Positions 43,197 to 54,994 of a stretch of 64,000 bases of DNA are shown one piece after another. This stretch comes from Pachysolen tannophilus NRRL Y-2460. Lineage: Eukaryota. Under the pieces are notes generated by a model. The model saw nothing but the letters and a program-made list of their open reading frames with translations. It was not told the DNA's origin and did not search any database. The stretch is from positions 1,972,418 to 2,036,417 of the forward strand of contig KV454012.1 in NCBI GenBank assembly GCA_001661245.1, read 5' to 3'. Numbering within the stretch: position 1 is the first letter of the stretch; every line of letters begins with the position of its first letter. The position numbers and the translations under genes were made by a program.

Positions 43197-44354
43197 TTAT
43201 TCTATTGCAGTTAAACCGGTTTCAAATTTTGGTGGAACGATTTCAATGAATCGAAGTCCATTGTTATGAATGAATTTTTTATTATTTTCATTAGATCCAT
43301 TGCTTATAGTTTTAGAAAATGATAAATCTTTTATTAATTTTTTATTTTCTGTTATCTTTTCTTGTAAAATTGATATTTTATTTTCATAATATTCTTGAGT
43401 ATTATTTAATATTTCAATAAGATTATTAAATTCTTGTTTAAATAATTCTTCATTTGATAAATCTTTTATCGATTTAGTATTATCAGATTCTGAATCATTA
43501 ACGTTAAATAATATGGAACTGATATTATTGAAACTTCCATTTCTAGTATTAGACATATAATTTTGTTGTTGTTCCATTCTTTCTTTATTTTTAATTAATT
43601 TATCTAATTCTTGTTCTTTTTCTTTTAAAATTATTTTAAATTCTTCAATTTCTGTATTTTTTTCATCATTTTTTTGTGATAAAGATATTATTTTTTTATA
43701 TAATTCATCATTTTGTTTTAAAACTTTAGTTAATTCATCTTTAGCTTCATCTTCATTAAGATTTGAAATATCTTTAAATTTAAAATCAATATTATTTTTA
43801 TTTTCATTATTTAATGAATTTAATTTTTTATTTATTAATTCAATTTGTTTATCTTTATTACTTAATTTTTCTTCTCTTAATTTTAATTGTTTTTCCTTTG
43901 TTGCAATTATATTATCTTTTAATTGTAATTCTTGTTCTTTTTCATGCAATTTTTTTTCTAATTCTAATATTTTATTATTTAATTCCAGTTTCCCTCCTCC
44001 AAGAGATGAATCATCATAATCAATTGTAATTTCACTATTATCTATTGATTCAGGAGTTATTGGAAGTTCTCCATTATGTTTACCACCATTTTCATTTGAA
44101 TATTTCCCAATTCCTGAAATAGAAAGATGATTATGAGTTACTGCAGAATCTAATGAAATACTTGATGAATTTACAGCTAATGCAGGTTGAGAATGATTTT
44201 GTTGATAAACCATCCGCTGTGATTGATATTGTTGTTGCTGTTGTTGTTGAGAATATGCTAATTGTGGGTTTGACATTGATTGTTGTTGTTGATAATATTG
44301 GGGTTTAATTGGAAATCGTGGTGGTTGTGGAGACCTTATCGTGTAACCACCATT

Positions 44355-44385
<31 letters not shown>

Positions 44386-44915
44386 GGTGCATAATTCCCC
44401 GAACCAACACTCATGGAACTAGTACTTGGTCTTATAGATCTTCTATTACCGTTAACTTGTGGATGATTTGGAGGTGGCAGGAAACCTCCATAAATACTAT
44501 TACCATCATAACCTCCTCCTGTTCCAGCTCCTCCTACGCCTCCATTGGCACCATAATTTTCATAATAATTTGAACTTGAAGTTCCAAAACTTGCAATGCT
44601 TGGACTTCTTGAACCAGATCCAATACCGCCATTGGAAGACAGTATTATAGTTGGAGGCCTATGTCTTCTATTTCCAGCGGTTAATTGAGATGATAATGAA
44701 GTTTCTCTTAAACCTGCAGATTTTATCGAGGACTTATCATCAATCACCGAGATCTGGTTATCGGCCCCTTGCTGCCCCAGATGCTGATGTGGTTTCTGAT
44801 AATATTGATTATTGGGTATCGGCGGCTGTTGATAATTATAATTCATTCCTGGAGGAACAAAATCATCTGGATCGAAATCTTCAGGTATTGTATTATTCAG
44901 AAACAGGGTATTCAT
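43197..44915 (-). CDS. Uncharacterised protein: Q/N/G/S-rich N-terminal half plus a long C-terminal coiled coil
   Basis: 572-aa ORF with a heptad-like E/K/L region (LNNKILELEKKLHEKEQELQLKD...). Confidence 0.8.
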
Positions 44916-45216
44916 TTTTTTTTTTTTTTGTATTAAAAAAAGAGAATGAAAAATTATCTATCAATCTATCGATCTGTTTCTTCAAACTATCAATAACTCT
45001 TTCTCTCTATAAATTTAAAAATTATATAAACCGTTATTAATAATTTAAAGTTGAATTTTTCTTTTTTTTTTTTTCTTTTTTGTCTTTCTTTTATTATTAC
45101 TATAAAAATTATCGTGAAAAAAATAAATTTTTTTTTATTTTTTTTTTTATTTTTTTTCTGTTAAGGGAGATTGCGGGAATCTAGGCTTTTAGTACGGTAC
45201 GGGGCGTACAAAACTG

Positions 45217-45222
45217 ACGCGT
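45217..45222. promoter_or_regulatory. MCB element ACGCGT upstream of the coiled-coil orphan
   Basis: Exact match about 300 nt upstream of the ATG at 44915. Single copy. Confidence 0.4.
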
Positions 45223-45986
45223 AAATAATTTACATAATATAATTCAAATTATTAAAATATTAAAAAAACGCTGTAGTAAAAAAATTATCTTGATAAATTA
45301 ATTAAACATTTTATATATTAGTAATCTACAGATATAGGGAATTATGGGAACTATAGAGTTTCATATTAAAAATTCAACGTTTAATGATTTAATAAATTGT
45401 TTAAACAATTGTTTAAACAATTATTTGCACAATATGAAGCCTCTTTGGTATTAAAGTTAACAATAATATTATTCAACTGTTCAATAAAGAGATAAAAACA
45501 TGCATTTTTGGCGTTCTTCTTGGCTCCGAAATTTTTAAGCAGGAAAAAATGCGTTTTTACCTCTTTAGGCAGGCGGAAACTCAATTTGATTAAAGCAACA
45601 AAAAAAATAAATTATTTCATTTTTTATTTTTACCGCCCAACTTCCCGGGAAACTTTCCCTTTAAATTAGAAAAAAAATTGGCGGGAAAGTGTCCTCCCAA
45701 GTTGGCTGTGCTAATAAAAAAAATTGAAAAAAAAAATTTTTTTTTTCTTATTTTAAAACGGTAAAGTAAAAAAGTAATATAAGCGCAAATCTATAATATA
45801 TAGTTAATTTATCAATATATCATCTATCTATCTATCTAACTAATAATAATAATAATATTAGATAATAAATTATTTTTTTTTTTTTTTTTTTTCTTTTCTT
45901 CTCTCTTTGATGCTTGTATTTTGATTATAAAGTTTAAAGAGAGAAGTTTTTAATATCAAAAAAAAAAATTTCAAATTATTTTTGCA

Positions 45987-48179
45987 ATGGATATTAAAGA
46001 AAAGAGGAAACAAGAACAAGGTCCGGTCAAGAATTCCGAGGGAATACCTTATAATTATATAATTATAATAGATGCTGGTTCTAAAGGTTCAAGAGCATAT
46101 ATTTATAATTGGTTAGATGCTAAAACGATATATAGTAAAACTATTGATGATGATAGAGAAGATTTAAAGAAAAAAAATTTAAATTTAAATTTAAATTTAA
46201 ATTTAAAATTTTTTAAAAGAATTGATGTAAATTTATTTAATGATAATCAATTACCACTGGTTGGTACTGAATCAAAATGGTTTAAAAAAATTAAACCAGG
46301 TTTATCAACTTTTAATAAACAACCAAAAGATTCTGGTAATCATCACATTAAATATTTATTAGAATCTGTTTCTAAAATAATACCAATTTTACAACATAAT
46401 AGAACACCAATTTTTTTACATGCAACTGCAGGTTTAAGATTATTACCACCAGAAGAACAAAAAAATTTATTAAATCAAGTTTGTAAATATATTTTAAAAA
46501 ATTATAAATTTTATCTTCCAGATTGTTCAAGTCATATAAATATAATAGATGGTGATGTTGAAGGTTTATATGGTTGGATTGCATTAAATTATTTAATGGA
46601 TTCATTAGAAATTTCAAAATTAAATCATAATAATGAGAAATCTCATTCAACTTATGGTTTATTGGATATGGGTGGTGGTTCAACTCAAATTAGTTTCCAA
46701 CCAAATGCTTCAGAAGAAACACTGCATTCTAATGCTTTATTTAATTTACAATTAGCTTCTTTAGGTCATTCAGAACCAGATTTAAATGTAAATGTATTTG
46801 CTTCATCATTTTTAGGTTATGGTTTAACACAAGCTCGTGAAACTTATATTGAAAGATTGAAAAAAATTAAACAAATTGAAATTGAAAAAATTGAAAATAA
46901 TCTGTTGATATCTGATTCATGCCTTCCAAAAGGTTATCTTGATCAAACTAATTCTATAATTGGATCAGGAAATTTCTCAGATTGTATGCAACTTATATAT
47001 CCATTATTAATCACATCTGAAACTCCAAATTCTTCATCTTGTTTACTTACTGATCCACAAGATATTTCATCATGTTTATTAAGTGATGATATACCTTCTT
47101 TAAATTTTTCTTCAGAAAAATTCATTGGTGTTTCTGGTTATTGGGATGCAGTTTCTCATTTATTAAATATTGATAAAAATGTTAATATGGGTGATTATGG
47201 GAATGCTTATAGTTATGAATCTTTTAGTTTGGAAACTGAAAAAATTTGTAATATGCCTTGGCAAGAATTAGACAGATTGAATAATAATTACAAAATTAAT
47301 AAAAAAAATTCAGAAACTTCTTCAAATCTGGCTTTAAAAGATCTTACTGATGAAGAACTAGCAGATTTATGCTTTAGATCTTCATGGATATTAAGTATAT
47401 TACACCGTGGGCTAGGTTTCCCAAAAGCAAATGGTTTGGATACTCTGGAATCTAATGATAATGATACACAAAGGATAGCTCCATTTAGAGTTGCTGATAA
47501 AATCCATGGATCAGAGTTTACTTGGACTTTGGGACGTGCTGTCTTGTATTCATCAGGTGAGGCTGCATTGGCATATGCAGAAAAATACGGTCTTTCAAAA
47601 CCTAAAATTGGATATTATCATAATTCTTCTCCAAACTTATTTGTATATGGAGCAGAAGTTGATGGGGTTTCTCCAAGACCAGTATTTACAGAAAGACAAA
47701 ATGCTCATTACGATGATCATGACGACGACAATAACGACGATGACAATGACAATGAAAATGATGATGATGATGATGACGATGATGATTCGATGTGGGACTC
47801 TATAGATGATATCCACAAAGGTTATACCTCATTGATATTATTGGTAATATTACTCTTGATAGTTTATTTCATGTTGGGCTCCACTAAGAGAACTTTAATA
47901 ATAAAGGCAATTAAGAAGACTTTGAATAATGCTTTGAAAAAATTTAAAAAGAGTCCAGTTATAAGAACAATTACAGAAAAATTAGGTGGTTCTTATAGAC
48001 GTATAAATAATAGCAGCAGCAACAACAAAAATGGAGATATAGAAATGGCAGTTACTGACTTTGAATTGAATGAAATCGAAGGCTCTAGTAGTGATGCTAG
48101 AGATAATATAGATAAGACTGTTGATGAGACATTTGTTATATCAGATGGTGAAGAAGAAGAAGAAGAAGAAGATAATTGA
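45987..48179 (+). CDS. YND1: Golgi apyrase (GDA1/CD39 family) Ynd1
   Basis: Apyrase conserved regions DAGSKGSR, ATAGLRLL, IDGDVEGLYGWIALNYL, LDMGGGSTQI and WTLG. C-terminal transmembrane helix and acidic tail. Confidence 0.93.
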   Translation: MDIKEKRKQEQGPVKNSEGIPYNYIIIIDAGSKGSRAYIYNWLDAKTIYSKTIDDDREDLKKKNLNLNLNLNLKFFKRIDVNLFNDNQLPLVGTESKWFKKIKPGLSTFNKQPKDSGNHHIKYLLESVSKIIPILQHNRTPIFLHATAGLRLLPPEEQKNLLNQVCKYILKNYKFYLPDCSSHINIIDGDVEGLYGWIALNYLMDSLEISKLNHNNEKSHSTYGLLDMGGGSTQISFQPNASEETLHSNALFNLQLASLGHSEPDLNVNVFASSFLGYGLTQARETYIERLKKIKQIEIEKIENNLLISDSCLPKGYLDQTNSIIGSGNFSDCMQLIYPLLITSETPNSSSCLLTDPQDISSCLLSDDIPSLNFSSEKFIGVSGYWDAVSHLLNIDKNVNMGDYGNAYSYESFSLETEKICNMPWQELDRLNNNYKINKKNSETSSNLALKDLTDEELADLCFRSSWILSILHRGLGFPKANGLDTLESNDNDTQRIAPFRVADKIHGSEFTWTLGRAVLYSSGEAALAYAEKYGLSKPKIGYYHNSSPNLFVYGAEVDGVSPRPVFTERQNAHYDDHDDDNNDDDNDNENDDDDDDDDDSMWDSIDDIHKGYTSLILLVILLLIVYFMLGSTKRTLIIKAIKKTLNNALKKFKKSPVIRTITEKLGGSYRRINNSSSNNKNGDIEMAVTDFELNEIEGSSSDARDNIDKTVDETFVISDGEEEEEEEDN

Positions 48180-48411
48180 GAAAATAGTGAAAATATATAT
48201 TTATTTATGTGTGTATTGTAGGGAGTTAAAGGTATTATTAAATTTTTTTTAGTTTCTGTAATTTATTTTGTATTTTGAAATTATTAAAAGCTATCACTTG
48301 TTTTTTCTTGTGGTTCCGCGTATGTTACTTTATCATGATTAATTACTTAAATATCGTAAAAAGATGTATACAGTCTATATAATAATACAACAAAGACAAA
48401 AATTGTTCAGT

Positions 48412-48976
48412 CTAACTGTAACTTTCAAGTTTCCAACTCCGTAGATCTCCTCTAACATCGGCCTCGGTTAATAACTGTCCAGATCTCCTTGCTCGCTTCT
48501 TTTGAATTGATGGTTTCTTGTCATAATCATCGTTATGTCCTTCAAAACTTTCGGTTTCATCGTCATCTTCCCCTTTATAATTCACCATCAAATCATCATA
48601 ACCATTAAACATATCGCTATCGTGATATTTTTGCTCAAACAATGTCTTATGATTATCTTGATTTCTTTGTAAACCATTATTGTCTGATAATTCATCATTA
48701 TTGTAATACTTGTTGTGCATAGTATACAAGTCTATATATGCAATTCCTTCTTCATTCTTTTTCCATCCATTACCATTTTTGTTTATTATATCGTCAATAC
48801 ATTCTGTCGGAGTGAACTCTTCATAATTTTTATTTTTCCATGAAAGTTGAAAGCTCTTATTGATTAAAGAATTTAATATAGGGTCTGAAGCCAAGGATCT
48901 GAACTTATCCCTTGCACGTATCTCATTTTTTGTAGCAGCTGAAGTGGATACAGACTGTTGTTGTTGTTGCAGCTGC

Positions 48977-49009
<33 letters not shown>

Positions 49010-49878
49010 GTTTGATGAAACTGTGGTGACTTCAATCTTAAAGAAGAATTCTTTGATCTAGGACTAGTAGGCGTGAGAACACCATTCTCGCCTGAGCTAG
49101 TTTTTGTAAAGCTGCCAGTAAGATCATCATTTTTAGAAGCAGAACCATCTACATCTGGTTGTGAGGAAGACTGAGGGATTGTTTTCTTTCTTTCTTCTTC
49201 GTCATCTATAACGTTATTTAAACCTTGGAAAATTTGAGAAGTTTTCAATTCTGGAACCAAAAATTCACGATTACCAACAGAATTGGAATTTTTCAGCCCC
49301 ATACCATTTGAATTATTAAAAATCTTACCTTTAGGAGATGATGACGGCAGTGAAGATTCAACTTGCTGTAAAAAAATGGAAATTTTACAAATCGAATTAA
49401 CCTTAGACTCCTGAAGTAAATACCTATTAGTAACAGTAGTATGGAAATTTATATATTCGGTCAAATTTATTTCTAACCTCCCCAATGCTACTTTTTCCAA
49501 ATGACTGGATATTTTTTTATCATGATTTAAAAAATTTAAAGAATTATTAGAATTTTTAATTGGTGCAGTTGTCTTTGAGTCATATTCACTAAAAAATGTC
49601 ATTATCAACCATTTATCATCTAAATACCCTCCTTTCTTATGATTCTCAACAAATTTTAAAATACAATCATCTAACTCATAACCCCAAACACATCTATTAT
49701 TCTTGACCTCCGCATGACTAGTAACATCTTCAAAATTGACCTTATTAGAACGATGTTTTTTATTATTCAGAATAGATATCTTTATATAACAATATCCACT
49801 CAATTGAGGTATATTAGCCAACTCGTGAATTTTCAAATAAAGTTTAAATTTATGATTTGTCGATGGTCGTAATAGCAT
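48412..49878 (-). CDS. NT-C2 (EEIG1/EHBP1 N-terminal C2) domain protein, YBL086C-like
   Basis: KFKLYLKIHELANIPQLSGYCYIK, NRCVW, LGRLEINLTEY and RYLLQESKVNSICKISI. Confidence 0.8.
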
Positions 49879-50828
49879 TCTCTCCTACATTGACTAATTA
49901 CAAAAATAATTAATTTACAAACTTATCATCATCTTCACTTGATTGCTACCAATCCATATAAACAATTTTGAAGAGGAAAAAAACCACAAGTAGTGCATCA
50001 CTACACCAAATTGTACACTATAAGAGGTTGTTGTTCTGATGAACCGGCTTCAAGCTTCTATTTCTGTTTGATATCTTCAGCTGCTATCAAGGTCTAGGTC
50101 TCAGTCTTGGTCTAGGTTTAGTGTAATGCAAGAAAGTCTTTAGAGTGCTGAATTTTTTGAACTACCGTTTGGGTCAAAAAAGCATGTCAAATATTTTAGA
50201 ATTTGCTAGTCGTTTACTTACTTGATGAGTTACAGTTCAGTGCAGTAATACAATGAAATAGAAAAGAAATAACTACAGACTCAAAGATTTTTCTGAATAT
50301 TAATAAAAGCTTTTTAAAATGTTTCCCAGATGCTGAAAATAATCTTGGAATTTTTATTTCACTGATATTGCTTTTCTTTTCTGTTCTTCCTAGGCCAAAA
50401 AAAGCAAAAAATGTCTTCAAACGCAGAAACTTAGAATTGAAAGTATTGAACAAAACTAAAACTAAAGTTACACCACCTAAGTTTAGTAACAGTTCCATAA
50501 AAGAATTTGTCATCCAAATTAGGTATAACCATGACTGTATAGTTAGTTGTTTTGATCTTGAATTTAAAATTCTAATATGAGAAAAAGGTCTTAATCGGTG
50601 TTATTGATAAGTACTCTTCTGTATAAAAGCGAAATACACGCATGCGGCTGACGTAAAAGAGAGATCAATTATTATGTTCTGTTATCATGATGACATTTAA
50701 ATGATCTGTTTTCAAATGGATAAATAGGCTTCAGATCACCATGAGTCTTCAAAAGTTCTCTATTCTGTTTTTGTCTGGATTATTGGAACAAGTATTGACA
50801 AAAGGCAAAAAAAGCAAAAAAAGAAAAA

Positions 50829-51725
50829 ATGTTTAAAAGATTGGTTTTCGTTTTATGCCTAGCAGTGAATGTGGTTTCAATATTGGAAGACTCTGAATCA
50901 ACAAAAATTCCCATTTCGAATGTGGCTACCAAAGAAGAGTTACTGATCTTAGAAAGACAACTGTATGGGCTGTTTAGAAATGATAGCAATGTTATCTTTG
51001 TTGATAGTTTTGCTGACTTTGAGAACTTGATATTATCGTCTGCAAACAACGGCCAAAATAAAACTTTATATATCAGAGAAAGTGGAGAAGCTTGTTCAGA
51101 CGAGCCACACCCGTTGTCTTTGGAAAACGAGCTGGACGTTGAAGCAGTTAGAGCTGCATTTGGTGAAGATTTAAGCAGTATTTCTAATGTAGAAGATTTT
51201 GAAACTCTTGCTCAAAAACATCACTGTGTTAAAGTTTTTGGTAAGGCAGAAACTTATCTTGATTCTCTTTCGTTACCAGTATCAGGTTGCTTAGATTCGG
51301 TTGATGGTGATGGTGGCTCTGTTGCAAAAGAGTTTGGTATTACAGTTAGTGCTGGAATTAGTGGATCACTGTCAATAGCAAATGCAAGTATGATACCAAT
51401 TTCATTTAGTGCTGGTATTTCTGTCTCTGGTGAAGCAACTTTTTCTGTAACAAGTAGTTGTGATGTTACTACTGGAAATTATGTACAAATGTACAGTCAA
51501 GTTTTTTATACAGAAGCAGATATTCAATATAGGTCCTATTATAGGTCCAATGTTAGAAAACGGAAAACACATGTTAGTGAATGGTCAGAACCATGTCATG
51601 TTACTTATGCTGCAAAAATTGCACCACATACAACTTGTATTGGGGGAGTAACTATGGGAATTTGCAGAGCAATTCCTGTTGAAGGACAAACGTTTTCAAA
51701 ATCGAAGACCCAGATTAAAGATTAA
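50829..51725 (+). CDS. Secreted Cys-containing orphan protein (possible aerolysin-like beta-pore-forming fold)
   Basis: Signal-peptide-like MFKRLVFVLCLAVNVVS, NxS/T sequons, several Cys and an S/T/G-alternating hydrophobic stretch. Confidence 0.75.
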   Translation: MFKRLVFVLCLAVNVVSILEDSESTKIPISNVATKEELLILERQLYGLFRNDSNVIFVDSFADFENLILSSANNGQNKTLYIRESGEACSDEPHPLSLENELDVEAVRAAFGEDLSSISNVEDFETLAQKHHCVKVFGKAETYLDSLSLPVSGCLDSVDGDGGSVAKEFGITVSAGISGSLSIANASMIPISFSAGISVSGEATFSVTSSCDVTTGNYVQMYSQVFYTEADIQYRSYYRSNVRKRKTHVSEWSEPCHVTYAAKIAPHTTCIGGVTMGICRAIPVEGQTFSKSKTQIKD

Positions 51726-52112
51726 TAGTTTGAGATTCTTATCCATATATGAGGTGTGAGTATATCTCTCTCTTTTATTTTTCATTTTACCTTAATATAT
51801 ATTTTCATTAATTTTTTTTTTTCAATATTAAACGCTATATATCTATACTAATTAGTATAAAGTGAACAATTTGCAAGTAGTGGGATATATCTTGTATTTC
51901 TTTCAATACCTTAAACTTCTACTATATGCTCAATAACAGCATTTGATTAATGTTAATATATAATTTGACCAATGATTAAAGCCGACCTATTACCCACAGC
52001 AACAACAACAACAACAACAAAAGCGAAAGGTTAATATAACACACAACAACACACAACAACACAGCACAACAAAAACATCAAAAAACAAAGAAGAATAAAC
52101 AACAACCAAAAA

Positions 52113-53126
52113 TCACTTAAAGCCCAAATATGCCTCTCTTTCTATATCGACTCTCAATATTAAAAGATTTCTTATAAGACCAATCATAGTTAAAAAACTA
52201 GCTATACCAACAGGAACAACAGCAAAAACAGTAATATTGTACAAGTCTATATATCTGGCATTTTTTTTTCTTTTCCCTAAATCATCGTCATCGATACTAT
52301 TTTCATCATCTTCATAATTTTCAATTGTTAAATTTGAGGTGACAAAACTTTGAGCAATGTAAATTAATGTTAGAGCACAACTTATCAAGATCCAAACATG
52401 TAAAAAATAATTACCATCAGGGTTAAAAATTGTTGTTAACATATGAATAATCATTATGATAAACATTGACATTGAAATCATTCTGAAAATAACACCTGAA
52501 GGAGAATAAATTACTATCCATCTTACCATAAGAGAGTCCAATATTGAGTACGTCAAGTAACCACTAACTATGCACCAAATTCCGGCCATCAAAAATTCAG
52601 AAGACCTAGCATTTGTCATTGATATCAAATTAGATTTTGGTAAAGTAACAAATGGACTTGTATAACCGGGTATATTATTTAAACAATACCATTCTTTCAA
52701 GACTTTATATAAATCTTTTATTATTGCCAATAATGATAAATCTCTACCAAATGCCAATCCAAATAACTGTTTTTGATTTAAAAATTTCAAACCAACTCTT
52801 TTCAAATTTTTCCTTTCTTCATTTAAATTTTTGGAAATTTCAACACTTGAAGAATGATTAACAGTTTGTTGAAAAGAAGTTGTAGATGAATTACGAGTAA
52901 TAGTATTAGAATTAGTATTCCCATTATTATGAAATGAAGTAATAGAATTTGCTCTTTCTGATTCTTGTTGCTGAGAAGTCTCATATGACGGTACTTCTTC
53001 ATTCAAAGTTCCAATATCAAAATCACAATCAACTAACGGAATAGATAATTCTCGATAAACCTCCTCATCAAAATTTATAAGATTCGTATTATACGATCTT
53101 TGTCGTATATCACGTTCAACAGACAT
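52113..53126 (-). CDS. EOS1: Eos1 (ER membrane protein, N-glycosylation / oxidative stress)
   Basis: ARSSEFLMAGIWCIVSGYLTYSILDSLMVRWIVIYS, WILISCALT..Q.FVTSN and FAVVPVGIASF. First ATG is at 53126. Confidence 0.88.
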   Translation of the reverse strand: MSVERDIRQRSYNTNLINFDEEVYRELSIPLVDCDFDIGTLNEEVPSYETSQQQESERANSITSFHNNGNTNSNTITRNSSTTSFQQTVNHSSSVEISKNLNEERKNLKRVGLKFLNQKQLFGLAFGRDLSLLAIIKDLYKVLKEWYCLNNIPGYTSPFVTLPKSNLISMTNARSSEFLMAGIWCIVSGYLTYSILDSLMVRWIVIYSPSGVIFRMISMSMFIIMIIHMLTTIFNPDGNYFLHVWILISCALTLIYIAQSFVTSNLTIENYEDDENSIDDDDLGKRKKNARYIDLYNITVFAVVPVGIASFLTMIGLIRNLLILRVDIEREAYLGFK

Positions 53127-53431
53127 GATAATAATAACAACCAAAGCAACAACAAAAGCAACAACAACAACAACAACAAAAAAACCAGCCAACCAACCGG
53201 CCTTCTAGAAATCTCTATGAAAAACTTTCTCTAGTCAATAATATCAATATTATAGATAATTATATCTAAAGAGCAAATATGAAGGCCAACCAAGATTTAT
53301 CATATTGGTCGTGCAGTTTTCTCTTTTATATAATTTTTCACGTTCAAATTTTTTTCAATTTAATTATCATCAAAAGTTAAAATATTGAAATATATTAATT
53401 ATTCTTAAAATAATATTTTCAATAATCAAGA

Positions 53432-53903
53432 ATGGTTGTTCATATTTTGGGGAAAGGGTTTAAAGGGAAGACTTTAGTAAATGTAAGTGAATCAATGAAG
53501 TTTTTTTTTCTGTTAGTTTTTGATGGATTTCTTTAGTACTAACAATTTTTTTTTATTTTTCATTTTTTTGCTTTTTTTGATGATTTAGATTGGATTAGCT
53601 TCAAAATTTTACGGAGTTGGTGCTCAAACTGCACAAAGATTATGTTCGAAGCTAGGGTTTTATCCTGAGATGAGAATGCATCAACTTTCAGAACAACAAG
53701 TGATGTCAATAACAAAAGAGCTTTCAGAAATGACTATTGAAGGAAAATTAAGGTCTATAATTAGAGAGAATATTCATTTAAAGAGAAATATTGGATCTTA
53801 TGTTGGTTTAAGACATGCTATTGGTTTACCAGTTAGAGGTCAAAGAACAAAGACTAATGCAAAGACAGCTAGAAAATTAAACAGATTGGATAGAAAGGGT
53901 TAG
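53432..53903 (+). CDS. SWS2: Mitochondrial ribosomal protein uS13m (121 aa); exons 53432-53482 and 53589-53903
   Basis: Spliced product [66 protein letters not shown] (S13 signature). Confidence 0.96.
53483..53588 (+). other. Spliceosomal intron in SWS2 (106 nt)
   Basis: GTAAGT, TACTAAC at 53537-53543, TAG. Confidence 0.95.
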
Positions 53904-54355
53904 AAAGGTGACTTTTTTTTCATTCTTTTTTTCTTTTTTAGTCAAACTTCCTGTACATATATATATATATATCGTTAATATAATTACGCAAGCTCAAACA
54001 TACATACAAATTCATAAAAAAAAAAAAAAAACTTAATCAATCAATGTAGTTTATTAGTGGAATTTGAAATTTGAAATTTTAAAAACCAGTGATCAATATA
54101 CAAGCAAAATATTTCTTTGTTTGAAAGAGTTTGGAAATATAAATCCAAAAAATGAAAAGTAAAGAAAAGAAAAAAAAATTCAAAAGACAAAAAAAAAAAA
54201 AAATTCAAGATTTAGGATTAAAAAAGCTCAAATATAAAATAAATTGAGAAAAATATAAAAATAAGATAAAATTGGGACATTGAAAAATTTTGTTTATTAG
54301 ATTCAATAACTTTTATCATAGTTATATCCTTTTTCTTTTTTGTCCCTTTACTAAT

Positions 54356-54994
54356 TTATAAAGCATCTAATTCAGAAGTAATAGTTTCCAATTCAGCTTT
54401 TGCCTTGTTGTATTTATCTTCTAATTCTTCAAGTTTTTTCTCTAAATCTTCTTTTTCTGATTCTAAAGAAATAATTTTTTTATTAGCTTGTTCTTGTTTT
54501 AAATCAGCTTCTCTTAATAATTCAGTTGTTTTTTTCAAATTATCATTGGATTGTTCAATTTCTTCTTCCAATGTTTGAATTTTCTTATTATAATTTTCAT
54601 TTGAAGTTTTCAAAGATGTTGATTCATCAGCTGTTTCTTTAATTCCAGTTAATTCAGTTTCTGTTTTTTCTAATTGTTCTTCTAAAACTTCATTTTTTCT
54701 TGATAAAGACTGAATTTGATGATCTTTTTCCATCTTTTCTTGTTCAAGCTCTTTGACCTTATCAGCCAAGCTATCATGCTTTTCTTGCCATGCCTCAGCA
54801 TCCAATTTCAATTTACTAATTTTCTAAACCCAAAATTTAAAAAAAATTAATTAAACCACCCAATCTGTTAGTAAAAAGTAAAAAGAATTAAAAAAAAAAA
54901 AAAAAAAAAAACAATCCAACAATCAACGCGTTTTCCAAATAATTGATTGATTGATCAATCCAAAATTACAACTTACCTCCTTTAATTTATCCAT
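54356..54994 (-). CDS. TPM2: Tropomyosin (161 aa, Tpm2/Cdc8 length); exons 54994-54977 and 54823-54356
   Basis: Spliced N-terminus MDKLKE|KISKLKLDAEAWQEK. Continuous coiled coil of 161 aa. Confidence 0.93.
54824..54976 (-). other. Spliceosomal intron in tropomyosin (153 nt)
   Basis: GTAAGT donor, TACTAAC at 54873-54867, TAG acceptor. Confidence 0.93.

Noticed and set aside
45630..45700. TTGGCGGGAAA (E2F-like site) and the palindrome TTCCCGGGAA upstream of YND1
   Set aside because: Budding yeasts lack E2F. This is probably a site for another factor or chance, and I found no convincing RNA structure.
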